20,000 bases of DNA, taken from contig NC_057728.1 in NCBI RefSeq assembly GCF_004010195.1, positions 43,687,509-43,707,508 on the forward strand, given 5' to 3'. Shown here in pieces: positions 1 through 10,532 of the stretch. The number at the start of each line of letters is the position of its first letter. Within the stretch, counting starts at the first letter, position 1. The notes below the pieces were generated by a model. That model ran no database searches, was not told the origin of the DNA, and was given only the letters and a program-made list of their open reading frames with translations. A program made the position numbers and the translations under genes. Source of the stretch: Chiloscyllium plagiosum (taxonomy: Eukaryota).

Positions 1-1063
1 AGAGATGAAATACTATTAACCAAGATGGCATCTATGCAATTCAATAGATGACCGTGATTCAGCAGATCAGTTAGTGTACAAATTGTTTGGATGGAAATAA
101 GGAATAGTAGGAGAAAGACATCACGTGTGGGAATGATCTACAGGACCATTGACTATAACCACATTGTGAAACACAATATACAAGAAGAAATATTTGGTGC
201 TTGTCATAAAGGGACAGCAATAATTATGAATGACTTCAATCTACATATAAAATGTAAATATGAGATTCATAGTAGTGGCCTGGATGAGAAGTTCACAGAA
301 TACTTCTGAGGTATTTCCTCAAGGAGCACATTCTGGAACCAAGCTGAGGGTAGATATAGAAGGCTTAGTATTGTATAATGGAACAGAAATAATTAGTGAC
401 CTCAGAACAAAGAGATCCTTGGGTAACAGCAGACCACAATAAGACTGAATTTTATTTCCAGTTTGTAAAAGAGTAAATTGGGTGTAAGACTAGTCTATTA
501 AACTGAAATAGGGCATCTATGTGGGCATGAAAGCTGAGCTAGCTGAAGTGAACTGACATTCTAAGAACTAGATCAATACAGACATACAGGCAGACCTTTC
601 GGAGAAAGGAAAGTCCACCGTCTGTGGTTAACTAAAGTAGTTCACAGAAATACCAAAATTAAGGAAAACCATATAACTGTAGACAGGTGAGTGACTGGTC
701 AGATGATTGGTCAGAGTAGAAAGACTGGCAGAGAATGAGTAAAAGGTTAATCAGGAGAAAGATGTTAGAGAATAAGAGGAAGCTACCTAAGGATGTAAAA
801 GCAGATAGCAAGGAGTATATACTGGTATCTAAAAAGGAAAACAAGAAGTAAAATGACTGTTAGTTCTCTGGACAGTTAATGGTAGATAATAAGGAAATGG
901 TGGATGAAACAAATGCCCTGAGCATACAAAAACATGGCAGTAATAGATACATTGACAAATGGAAGGGAAAAGGAAGCTTAGTGAAATTATAATCACAAGA
1001 GAAGCAAAACTAGGTAAACTGAGGGAGCTACATGCTGATGTGGACTCAGATCCATAAGGAGTT

Positions 1064-1967
1064 CAGAGCAGTAGATGTGATCTATATGGACTTCAGTAAG
1101 GCGTTCGACAAGGTTCCCCATGGAAGACTAATGATAGGCTGAGAAGTGGCAGATGGAGTTTAATTCAGATAAATGTAAGGTGCTGCATTTTGGGAAAGCA
1201 AATCTTAGCAGGACCTATATCCTTAATGGTAAGGTCCTAGGGAGTATTGCTGAACAAAGAAACCATGGAGTGCAGGTTCATAGCTCCTTGAAAGTGGAGT
1301 CGCAGATAGATAGGATAGCGAAGAAGACGTTTGGTATGCTTTCCTTTATTGGTCAGAGTATTGAGTACAGGAGTTGGGAGGTCATGTTGCAGCTGTACAG
1401 AACATTGGTTAGGCCACTGTTGGAATATTGCATGCAATTCTGGTCTCCTTCCTATCGGAAAGATGTTGTGAAACTTGAAAGGGTTCAGAAAAGACTTACA
1501 AGGATGTTGCCAGGGTTGGAGGATTTGAGCTATAGGGTGAGGCTGAACAGGCTGGGGCTGTTTTCCCTGGATCGTCGGAGACTGAGGGGTGACCTTATAG
1601 AGGTTTACAAAATTATGAGGGGCATGGATAGGATAAATAGGCAAAGTCTTTTCCCTGGGGTCGGGCAGTCCAGAACTAGAGGGCATAGTTTTAGGGTGAG
1701 AGGGGAAAGATATAAAAGAAACCTAAGGGGCAACATTTTCACGCAGAGGGTGGTGCATGTATGGAATGAGCTGACAGAGGAAATGGTGGAAGCCGGTACA
1801 ATTGCAACATTTAAGAGGCATTTGTATGGGTATATGAATAGGAAGGGTTTGGAGGGATATGGGCCGGTTGCTGACAGTTGGGACGAGATTGGGTTGGGAT
1901 ATCTGGTCGGCATGGACGGGTTAGACCGAAGGATCTGTTTCCATGCTGTACATCTCTATGACTCTAT
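1064..1967 (+). mobile_element. Younger CR1 LINE 3' fragment with an internal deletion in the RT
   Basis: AVDVIYMDFSKAFDKVPHGRL (1068-1130) is joined directly to AEKWQMEFN (~1138). ORF 1153-1980 is the CR1 RT C-terminus (KCKVLHFG, LYRTLVRPLLEY..QFWSP, LERVQKR, RRLRGDLIEVYKI). Ends in a CTCTATGA tandem tail at 1954-1967. Confidence 0.93.
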
Positions 1968-2390
1968 GGAATGCTGGTGACTGATTAGTTAGTACATCCA
2001 TTGGTGTGAATATTTCAACATTCCCTAGATTCAAGAAGGGTCCATTGGACTGGAAAAACACAAATATAACCCCTCTATTCAGGAAGGGAGAGAAGCAAAG
2101 TTACCTTTACATCTCTCATGGTGAAGTGTTAAAATCGATCATTAAATAGATTATAGCTGTGCACTGAGAAAAATTCCAAGTAAGCAGAAAGACTCAGCAT
2201 GGTTTCATCAAAGGAAAATCATGTTTAACCAATCCATTGGAGCTTTTTGAAGGAGTAACAAACTATGGACAAAGTAGAGCCTGTGATACTATACTTGAAT
2301 TTCCAAAAGTCGTTTGATAAGGTGCCACCTCAAAGTTATTGCAGAAGATAAAAGCTCATGGTGTAGTGGGTAACACATTACCACAGATAT

Positions 2391-2544
2391 ACACAACAGA
2401 TCTTCAGAATGAGGAAGGATCAATGGACCCAAAATGTTAACTTGGATTTCTCTTCACAGATGCTGCCAGACCTCCTGAGCTTTTCCAGAAACTTATGATT
2501 TTGTTTCTGATTTACAGCAACCGCAGTTATTTCAGTTTTATTAT
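2391..2544 (+). mobile_element. Penelope-like element terminal fragment with a decayed hammerhead-type motif
   Basis: ATGAGGAAGGATC..GACCCAAAATGTTAAC..CAGATGCTGCCAGACCTCCTGAGCTTTTCCAG resembles, from memory, the common elasmobranch Penelope terminal repeat. Flanked by CACAGATAT (2382-2390) and CATAGATAT (2545-2553), a candidate TSD. Similar in part to 11445-11526. Confidence 0.65.
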
Positions 2545-2726
2545 CATAGATATGGCTGGGTGACTGGCAGAAAATAAACATGATGCATAAATAGATCTTT
2601 GCTTGATTGGCAGAATGTGACAAATTGAATTTCACACAGGACTGTCCTGCGACTTTAATTTTACAATTTACATCAATGCCTTGAAGGAGGCGAGTGGTGA
2701 CATGGGAGATAAATTCACAGTTGACA

Positions 2727-2859
2727 AATAAACAAAACAATAAAATAAATAAAACAAATAAAAAAACAAGTAAGTTCATTGGCTGCGTAGCCCTTTCAGG
2801 AGCCAGTACAGAGGTCGGATTGTCTCTTTCCATACCACAAAATTCTATGATTCTACTCT
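2727..2859 (+). mobile_element. Very short CR1 3'-end insertion preceded by an A-rich tract
   Basis: A-rich 2727-2770, then CR1-like 3' UTR ending ATTCTATGATTCTA. TTGACA is duplicated at 2721-2726 and 2860-2865. Confidence 0.7.
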
Positions 2860-3149
2860 TTGACACCGAGGTATGTAGAAAAGTATGTTGTGAAGGAGAC
2901 ATAAGGAAGTTGTAGGCAGATATAGATGGGTTCAGTGAGAGGGCAGTAATTTGGCAAATGTCAAATATAATGGGGAAAATGGAAGGTTATTCACTTTGTC
3001 AACAAGAATGATAAAGCAAACTATTACTTAATGACTGAAGAATTCCAAGATGTTGAAAGATTTAGGCATTCTAGGGCATGAGTCACAATGTTAGTGTATA
3101 GGTGGAGCATGCAATCAAGAAGGTTCGTGGGATGACTTCCTATTTTTTA

Positions 3150-3453
3150 TTGAAAACCTACAATATGGAAACTGGCCCTTCAGCCCAACAAGTCACACTG
3201 ACCCTCTGAAGAGTATCCCATCCAAACCCATTCCTTTACCCTATTATTCTACATTTACCACAGCCCTGAACACGACAGTCAATTTAGCATGGCCAATTCA
3301 CCTAACTTACACATCTTTGGATTGTGGGAGGAAACCCACACAGACACAGGGAGAATGTGCAAACTCCACATAGACAGTCGCCTGAGGTGGGAATCAAACC
3401 CGGGTCCCTGACACTATAAGGCAGCAGTGCTAACCACTGAGCCACCAAGCCAC
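3150..3453 (-). mobile_element. tRNA-derived SINE, HE1/V-SINE-like, near full length
   Basis: Minus strand has Pol III A box TGGCTCAGTGG (3434-3444), B box GGTTTGATTCC (3390-3400), V-SINE-like core GTGGAGTTTGCACATTCTCCC and a CR1-like 3' tail. CTATT on both flanks (3140-3144, 3455-3459). Second copy at 16586-16833. Confidence 0.9.
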
Positions 3454-3851
3454 TCTATTACAAATGGAATCGAACAGAAAAGTAAGTATGTTATTCAGTT
3501 ATACAGTGAACTGGCAAGACCATGGCTCAAATACTGTATGTAATTTTGGACTCTTTAATTAAGGAACAATGTTAAACATTCCAGGCAGTTCAGATGAAAA
3601 TTGTTAGATTGATACCTGAAACTTGTGGGTTTTATGAGGGTAGGTTGGACAAGTTGGTCTTGTTTCTACTGGAATTTGGAAGAATGAGAGGTTTTTTTCA
3701 TTAAGTACACAAAATTTTGAATGGTCTTGGAAGGTGGACATTGAAAGAATGTTTCCATTTTTAAGTCAGTACAGAACAAGTGGGCACCAATTTAAAATTA
3801 GTTGCAGTAACAAGACTGAGATGAGGAGAAATTATTTTTCTCTCAGAAGGT

Positions 3852-4524
3852 CAGAAAAATATAAAAAGGAACATATGCCATTCACCCCTTAGAGTGTTCC
3901 AATAATCAATATGATCATGGCTGATCATCCTGTTCAACACTCAGTTTGTATTTTTTATCCCTTTAGCCCTAAGAACAATACCTCTCTTCGCAATCATTCA
4001 ATGTTTTGGCTTCAAACATTTTCTGTGGTAGAAAATCCTACAGGCTCACCCTTCTCTGGGTGAACAAATTTCTCCTCACCTCAGTCCTAATTAGCCTACA
4101 CCGTATCCTGACTGTGACCCCTAGTTCTGGACTCCCCAGTCGTTGAGCACATCCTTCCTATATTTACCCTGCCTACTGCTGTGAGAATTTTGAATGTTTC
4201 TATGGAATCCCCCCTCATTCTTCTAACTCCAGTAAATATAGTCCTAACTAACCCAGTCTCTCTTCATAAATCAGATTTGCCATCACAGGAATCTGTCTGG
4301 TAATCTTTGTTGCATTCCCTTTTCTGCCAGAATATCTTCCCTCACATAAGAAGACCAAAACTGCACACAATATTCAAGTGTCGTCTCACCAAGTCCCTGT
4401 ACAGTTGCGGCAAGATATTCTTGCTCCTGTACTCAATTTTTCTCACAGTGAAGGCCAACAAAACTTTTGCCTTCTTCGCCACCTGTTGCAGCTGCATGCT
4501 TACCTTTAAGCAATTTACTTTCAC
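3852..4524 (-). mobile_element. CR1 LINE 3' fragment in antisense, inserted in the old CR1
   Basis: Minus ORF 4342-4524 (QLQQVAKKAKVLLAFTVRKIEYRSKNILPQLYRDLVR) is CR1 RT C-terminus. CR1 3' UTR-like sequence at ~3870-3930. The host CR1 resumes at 4525. Confidence 0.85.
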
Positions 4525-4807
4525 GGTTTTACAACTTTCAAACTCTCTGCCTCAGAAAGAGACAGGGTTATTGAATACTTTTCAGACAGAGGTGGATAAA
4601 TTCTTGTTAGGAAGAGAATTAAGCATTACTGAGGCTAGATGGAAATGTGGAATTCAAAGGATAAAAACACATGAGCCATGATCGTACCGAATAGTAGAAC
4701 AGGCTCAAGATGCTGAAATTGTCTACTGCTGTTCCTGTTTCATATGTTCATATGTTCAGAGACTGTTTGTAGCCTCCAATCTCCCAAGATCCTTCTATCT
4801 TCCCACA

Positions 4808-5212
4808 ACTTCTGTTTATACAATGTCTTTACCATAATAAATTGCCTAAGGTGCTTTCCAGAATTAAATTTAACACATAAGACAATATTAGGGCAATTAA
4901 TAAAAAGTTTGATTCAAGAACTACCAAGAAGCACCATGAAGAAGGAAAGTAATGTAGAAAGGCAGACAAATCACAGAACAATTTCCAAGCCATAACTCCA
5001 TGGTGGTTGGTGACATTTCTCTAAGAGTGGAGGAATTTAAATCAGAGATGCTCAAGAGGCAGAATTAGAGGAAGAAAGATATCTCTGAAGATTCTGATAC
5101 TTAAGGAGATTCTAGGCATAGGGAAGGGAAGGTTAATGGAGGAACTCAAACCTAGGATGAAATTATTTACATCGAGGCATCACTTAAATGGTAGCCAATA
5201 TAGCTCAGTGAA
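4808..5212 (-). mobile_element. Old L2-type LINE 3' fragment
   Basis: Decayed resemblance to recalled shark L2 3' ends (AAGGTGCTTTCCAG..GATGCTCAAGAGGCAGAATTAGAGGA..AGCCAATATAGCTCAGTGA). No ORF remains; identification from memory only. Confidence 0.55.
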
Positions 5213-5664
5213 CTTTCCAATAGAGTCAGTTCATCTGTTGTCTGGGACCACTCTGCGGCTGAGGTGCAATCCTCAACGACAGTGCTCATGTTTGTAGATT
5301 TCTCAGCTCAAGCAATGATTTCTCTGCCTTCTTGCCTAGTGACTCCATATTTTAAAAAAATACTTTTTGGTTTCTAATAAGCTTCTGCTACTGTTCCACA
5401 GCTTCTGGTAGACAGTATTTGCTTTTCTCAAAGCTGCTTCCAGGCTGACTACTTCTACTTGTTTCCAATAGATAAAATCCAAATCAAAAAGAATTTTCCC
5501 TATAATCTATAATCATGGCAGTGTGACACATCTGAAATGTCTCAGGTAACGATTTAATTATCTCAAACATATTCTTTGTTCTCGGTATCAACAAGAAACC
5601 ATTGAAGGATGACTTCCTTGAAATTTGCATACTTTTTACTGGACTTGGCAGTATAGATAGTTCC

Positions 5665-5970
5665 CCCTGACTAAAATCAGGGAGCGTAATCTCAGGATAA
5701 GGGGCAAGCAATTTAAAGTGAGATGAGGTGGAATTTTTTTCACTCAAGAGGTGGTAAATCTTTGGAATTCTCTGTTCCAAAGGGGTGTGGAAGCTCAATC
5801 ATTGAATATGTTCAAGTGAGAAATTGATGGACTTCTGGAAATTAATGATACCAAGGGAACTGGAGATAATGCAGGAAAGTGACATTGAAATAAATGAACA
5901 GTAATGGTCTAATAGAATAGGTGAGCTGGCTTGATTTGCTGAATAGCCTATTCTTGTTCTATTTCCTTTA
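5665..5970 (+). mobile_element. Old CR1 LINE 3' fragment
   Basis: TTTTTCACTCAAGAGGTGGTAAATCTTTGGAATTCTCTG (FFTQ.VVNLWNSL) parallels 1736-1773 and is followed by a CR1-type 3' UTR. Confidence 0.8.
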
Positions 5971-6529
5971 TTCTGACAGCTGTCGACTCTCTGTTTCTGC
6001 AAAGAAACTCAGAGAGGGGTCACTTGTTGCTTTGTGTTTCCAATTTCCAACTCTAATTTTATTAAATTGGCATAGGCCAATCTTTGAATTCCCATTCTTT
6101 TAGGTTTGTTTGCCAGCTTGTCCAACTAGGGATTTTCATTTTCCTTGTATGCAGTGAAGAGGAGCATCAAAGAGGTAAAGTCATAGACAGCGAGATGACA
6201 ATGACCAGAGGACACCATGAACATGAACCGGGCAGAGAGTAGAGAACGTAAAGAGGATGCATGATACACGCTGACTTCTATTGTTGGAGCCTTAACTTGC
6301 TGCAATCTTTGAGCAATGGAAGGACCCAAGAACACACATATCTCTGAGTACAGAGAACTTTTGGGTGGAACTTAAAGAAGAATGGAGAGAGTTTTATTGA
6401 GATTTTTAGACTTAAAATTCAGTGTTTATGAAATACATTGTAAGAAATAGGAATTGCTTTGTATAACATTTCTACAATAGAAGTTTGTTTCAAACATGTA
6501 ATCTTATGGCATAACTTTCATTTTTTTTT

Positions 6530-7208
6530 TAAATTAGTTCCTGAGATGTGGCATTACAGACTAGACCAGCATTATTCCCATCCCCAGTTGCAATTGAGGA
6601 GGAGGAGCTGGACCACCTTGTTGAACATTTATAATCATTTAGGTGTGGGTGAACCTGCAGTAGTGTTAGTAAGGGAATTCCATGATCTTAAATATAGTGG
6701 CAATGAAAAATTATGATACAGTGTGAATTGTAGCTTGCAGAAAAATTTGCAGGTGGTACTGTTCCCAACCATTTGCTGTCCTTAACTTTCTAGATGGTAG
6801 ACGGTACAGGTTTAAAAAACACCACTGAAGAAACATTGGTAAGTTGCTGTAATATATCTTGTAGATAGTACACTGCCACCACTATGCACCTGCTACAAAT
6901 GCTGAAGGCATTGATGTGATGCCAAACAGATAGGCTGCTTTGTCCTAGGTAGTGTATGACATGTTTGACTGCTGTTAGAGCTGCATCCATCCAGCCAGTG
7001 GAGAATATTTCATCACACTCCTGACTTGCACTTTATAAGATGGTGGACAGGTACGAGAGAGACAGCAAATGAGTTATTCGCCACAATCTCCTAGTCTCTG
7101 ATCTGCTCTTGCAGCCAGTGTTTAAAGGGCTAGTCCAGTTCAGTTTCTGGTCAACACCCTGGGGTGTTGATGCTGGTACTCAGAAATTGTAGTGCCATTG
7201 AATATCAA
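6530..7208 (-). mobile_element. Old non-LTR retrotransposon 3' fragment (L2/Crack/Daphne-like, CR1 group), a different family from the CR1s here
   Basis: Minus strand reads VDQKLNWTS..VRSVMKYSPLA(G)WMDAA, a decayed RT C-terminus. T-run at 6521-6530 would be an A-rich tail. Confidence 0.75.
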
Positions 7209-7309
7209 TAATTTATATTTTAAATGTTTCTGATTTCTTCAAAAACCATAATGGGAGCAAAAGGAGAATCCATAACAAGTGATTTGTTGACTAAAATAAA
7301 TAGGTAAAA

Positions 7310-8205
7310 CCTCAATTTCTCTAGTCGTCCAAGCATTCCTTACACCTACCAGCCTTTCCTTTCACCCTAACAGGAATATACTGTCTCTGGACTCTCATTA
7401 TCTCATTTCTGAAGGCTTCCCATTTTCTAGCCATCCCTTTACCTGTGAACATCTGCCCCCCCAATCAGTTTGTGAACGTTCTTGCCTAATACCATCAAAA
7501 TTAGCATTCCGCCAATTTAGAACTTTAAGTTTTTGATCCAGTCTATCCTTTTCCATCACTACTTTAAATCTAATAGAATTATGGTCACTAGCCCCAAAGT
7601 GCTCCCCCACTGACATCTCAGTCACCTGCCCTGACTTATTTCCCAAGAGTAGGTTAGGTTTTGCACTTTCTCTTGTAGGTACATCCATATACTGAATCAG
7701 AAAATTTTCTTGTACACCCTTAACAAATTCCTCTCTATTTAAACCCTTAACACTAAGGCAGTACCAGTCTATGTTTGGAAAGTTAAAATCCCCTCCCACA
7801 ACCACCCTATCATTCTTACAGATAACTGAAATCTCCTTAGAAATTTGTTTCTCAATTTCCTGCTGACTGTTAGGGGGTCTATAATACAATCCCAAAAAGG
7901 TGATATTCCCTTTCTTAATTCTCAGTTCCACCCAATTAACTTTCCTGGGTGTATTCCCAGGAATATCTTCCCTAAGTATAACTGTAATGCTATCCCAAAC
8001 CAAAAACACTAGTCCCCCTCCTCTCTTGCTCCTCTTTCTATCCTTCCTATACCATTTGTATCCTGGAACATTAAGCTGCCAATCCTGTCCATCCCTGGGC
8101 CACGTTTCTGTAATTGCCATGATATCCCAGTCCCATGTTCATAACCATGCCCTGAGTTCATCTGCTTTCCGTGTCAGGTCTCTTACATTGAAGTAAATGC
8201 AGTTT
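7310..8205 (-). pseudogene. CR1 ORF2 APE-type endonuclease domain, truncated
   Basis: ORF 7398-8120 has AITETW, WVELR, LGLYYRPP, GDFNFP and SDH. Upstream NCIYFNVR..KADELRAWL contains a stop. Confidence 0.92.
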
Positions 8206-8289
8206 CATTTATCAATCCTGCTTTGTCCTCTGCTTTGTCCCTGCCTGCCCTGACTGTTTAACTCGCTCCTTTTCTCAACTGTACTAGTC

Positions 8290-9845
8290 TCAGATTGATC
8301 TCTTACCTCACTATTTTCCTGGGTCCCACTCCCCTCCATCAACTTTACTAGTTTAAATCCTCCCGAGTAGTTCTAGCAAATCTCCCTGCCAGTATATTAG
8401 TACTCTTTCAATTTAGGTGCAAACCATCCTTCTTGAACAGGTCATTTCTACCCCAGAAGAGATTCCAATGATCCAAGACTGTGAACCCTTCTCCCTTGCA
8501 CCAGCTCCTCAGCCACACATTCATCTGCTCTATCCTCCTATTCCTACTCTAGAAGCACTGGGAGCAATCCAGATATTACTACCCTAGAGAAACTCCTTTA
8601 TAATTCTGCCAAACTTTCTATATTTTCATTTCAGAATCTGCTCCTTTTCCCTTGTGTCCAATTACTTCCTGCTGGTCCCTTTCCCCTTTGAGAACATGCT
8701 GCACCCTCTCTGAGAAACCCTTGATCCTGGCACCAGAGAGACAACACACCATTCTAATATTTCGTTGCTGGCTGCAGAAATGTCTGCCGGTGTCTCTGAC
8801 TACAGAATCCCCTATCACAATCGATTGCTTGGAACCCAATGTACCCTTATTAGATTAGAGCCTCTCTCAACATCAGAAACTTGGCTGTTCGTGCTACATT
8901 CCCCTGAGAGTCCACCACCCCCTATATTTTCCAAGACAGTGTACTTATTTGAAATGGGGATAACCACAGAAGACTCCTGCACTACCTGCCGAACTTTCCT
9001 ACCTTTCCTGGAGTTAACCCATGTTTCTGACTGTATCTGCGACTTTCCTCCCTCTTATAACTGCCATTCATCACAGCCCCAGCTCTTGTAAATTGCTCAT
9101 TGGGAGATCATATTGCGGCTGTACAGGACGTTGGTTAGACTACTTTTGGAATATTGCGTGCAATTCTGGGGTCTCCTTCCCATCGGAAGGATGTTGTGAA
9201 ACTTGAAAGAATTCAGAAAGATTTACAAGGATGTTGCCAGGGTTGGAGGATTTTAGCTATAGGGAGAGGTTGAATAGGCTAGGGCTATTTTCCCTGGAGG
9301 GTCAGAAGCTGAGGGGTGATCTTATAGAGGTCTATAAAATCATGAGGAGCATGGATCGTATAAATTAACAAAATCTCTTCTCTGGGGTGGGGGAGTCCAG
9401 AACTAGAGGGCATCGGTATAGCGTAAGAGGGGAAAGGTATAAAAGAAACTAAGGGGCAACGTTTTCATGCAGAGGGTGGTACATGTATGGAATGAGCTGC
9501 CGGAAGAAGTGGTGGAAGCTAATATGATTGCAACATTTAAAAAGCATCTGGATGGGTATATGAAAAGGAAGGGTTTGGAGGGATATGGGCCGGGTGCTGG
9601 CAGGTGGGACAAGATTGAGTTGGGATATCTGGTCGGCATGGATGAGTTGGAAGGAAGGGTATGTTTCCATGCTGTATATCTCTATGAGTCTATGACTCTA
9701 ACTGTCACTCTAACCGAACCATTTGATCTGATAAAGTTCGCAACCGAAGACATTTCTTGCAGACATAATCCTCAGTAACATGTAAACTCTCCCTAAACTC
9801 CGACATCTGACAAGAAGGGCATATCACTCTACTAAAGACCATCAT
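8290..9845 (-). pseudogene. CR1 ORF1 (N-terminal zinc finger/leucine zipper plus SGNH esterase), disrupted
   Basis: From ATG 9845: MMVFSRVICPSCQM..DYVCKKCLRLRTLSDQMVRLE (CxxC..CxxC plus heptads). Esterase block IVIGDSVVR..VCCLSGARI in ORF 8618-8839. The 3' end is approximate. Confidence 0.85.
9100..9700 (+). mobile_element. 5'-truncated CR1 3' fragment, same family as 1064-1967
   Basis: Colinear and highly similar to 1374-1967 (QRVVHVWNELPEEVVEA..FKKHLDGYM). Tail CTCTATGAGTCTATGACTCTA ends at 9700. Confidence 0.95.
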
Positions 9846-10436
9846 GCTCCTTCACAACCTGCAGACCCAGAGAATAGCACCGTCTTATTGCTCTTAAAAA
9901 ACACACTGCTCCAGGCTAAATTAATACTTATGGCTTATATTTTTAAAGTTTAATCAAAAGACAGATCTCAATAAAACACATAATCAAGAAAGAATCCACT
10001 CTACTCACTATTGTTGATTTACAGCAAGGCTACACTTAAACATTATGCACTTAGCCATTCCTGTGCTGTGAGCTCTCCCACACAGGTTCCTCCAAGGTCA
10101 GCTGTGAATTTTGCTGTTGGTTAATTTTTCTTGGACAAACTCTGATGTCCAGAGATAATTGAAAATCACACAGCAGAGGAAGTAGCTATGCAGATTCACT
10201 GTTAGGTCAGACAGAAGTGTCGGTTTCTTTCTCTCTTCCTTCACTGACCATGTGCTGTCTTTGTCTGTCCATCTCGCTTTTAAATGTGCCGTTGTTTTAT
10301 TTTTTTTTCTCCAAAGTTCCAAAACAATGCAACAGCATATAAAATAGTCATTGCTGCTCCTGGAACTTAAGAAAATCACCTCCAATATCTACAGTACTTC
10401 AGAAAAGAAGTAGCTCTTATAGCCACATTTTTTTCA

Positions 10437-10511
10437 GATTACAATGTGAGGCAAGATTTTCTGGGTATTTGGTTTTAATTAACAGAGGGGTTTGAACTCT
10501 GCATCGTAACA
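10437..10511 (+). repeat. 3' remnant of the 5' LTR of element A
   Basis: Ends in TAACA immediately before a PBS-like sequence. Upstream it abuts the 5' end of the minus-strand CR1. Confidence 0.6.
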
Positions 10512-10514
10512 ATT

Positions 10515-10532
10515 TGGGAGCTCATCATCGAT
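10515..10532 (+). promoter_or_regulatory. Primer-binding site of element A, tRNA-Pro-like
   Basis: TGGGAGCTCATCATCGAT matches the tRNA-Pro PBS TGGGGGCTCGTCCGGGAT at 13/18, 3 nt after the LTR-terminal CA. Confidence 0.7.

Larger units (their letters stand above)
1..4758 (+). mobile_element. Old CR1-clade LINE, ORF2 (APE endonuclease, RT, 3' UTR), heavily decayed and fragmented into about 1-1062, 1968-2390, 2545-2726, 2860-3144, 3455-3851 and 4525-4758
   Basis: Motifs appear in colinear order across the fragments: WMEIRN..VGMIYR and IIMNDFN (EN, 91-309); DWKNTNITPLFRKG (~2050); QHGFIKGKSCLTN (~2195-2230); decayed FTIYIN/KFADD (~2660-2726); 3' UTR ending in a TTCATATG tandem tail at 4739-4758. 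Many stops and frameshifts. Confidence 0.85.
7310..10435 (-). mobile_element. CR1 LINE 5' half (5' UTR, ORF1, endonuclease); RT and 3' end missing
   Basis: ORF1 and EN motifs are in the correct order on the minus strand. Similarity stops near 7310. Interrupted by 9100-9700. The 5' boundary is approximate. Confidence 0.88.

Noticed and set aside
1237..1913. Minus-strand ORFs, also 9403-9670, 4307-4681, 7900-8196, 16228-16569 and 18536-18838
   Set aside because: Antisense shadow frames of LINE or Gypsy coding sequence.
1153..1980. 275-aa ORF as a host gene or active RT
   Set aside because: It is only the C-terminal part of CR1 ORF2, lacks the catalytic core, and a disrupted sister copy lies at 9100-9700.
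2420..2902. 160-aa minus ORF with a hydrophobic transmembrane-like segment
   Set aside because: The hydrophobic run is the antisense of the A-rich tract, and the ORF crosses several unrelated repeats.
3385..3453. tRNA gene
   Set aside because: A and B boxes are the head of a SINE; they continue into a SINE core and tail and have a second copy at 16586-16833.
3849..4527. GGT as TSD of the antisense CR1
   Set aside because: Only 3 bp, cannot be distinguished from chance.
10501..10511. GCATCGTAACA resembles GCATCGTCACA at 17946-17956, suggesting a third LTR of B
   Set aside because: Similarity covers only ~11 terminal bases; upstream sequence does not align and a PBS plus + strand gag follow, so it is A's own LTR end.
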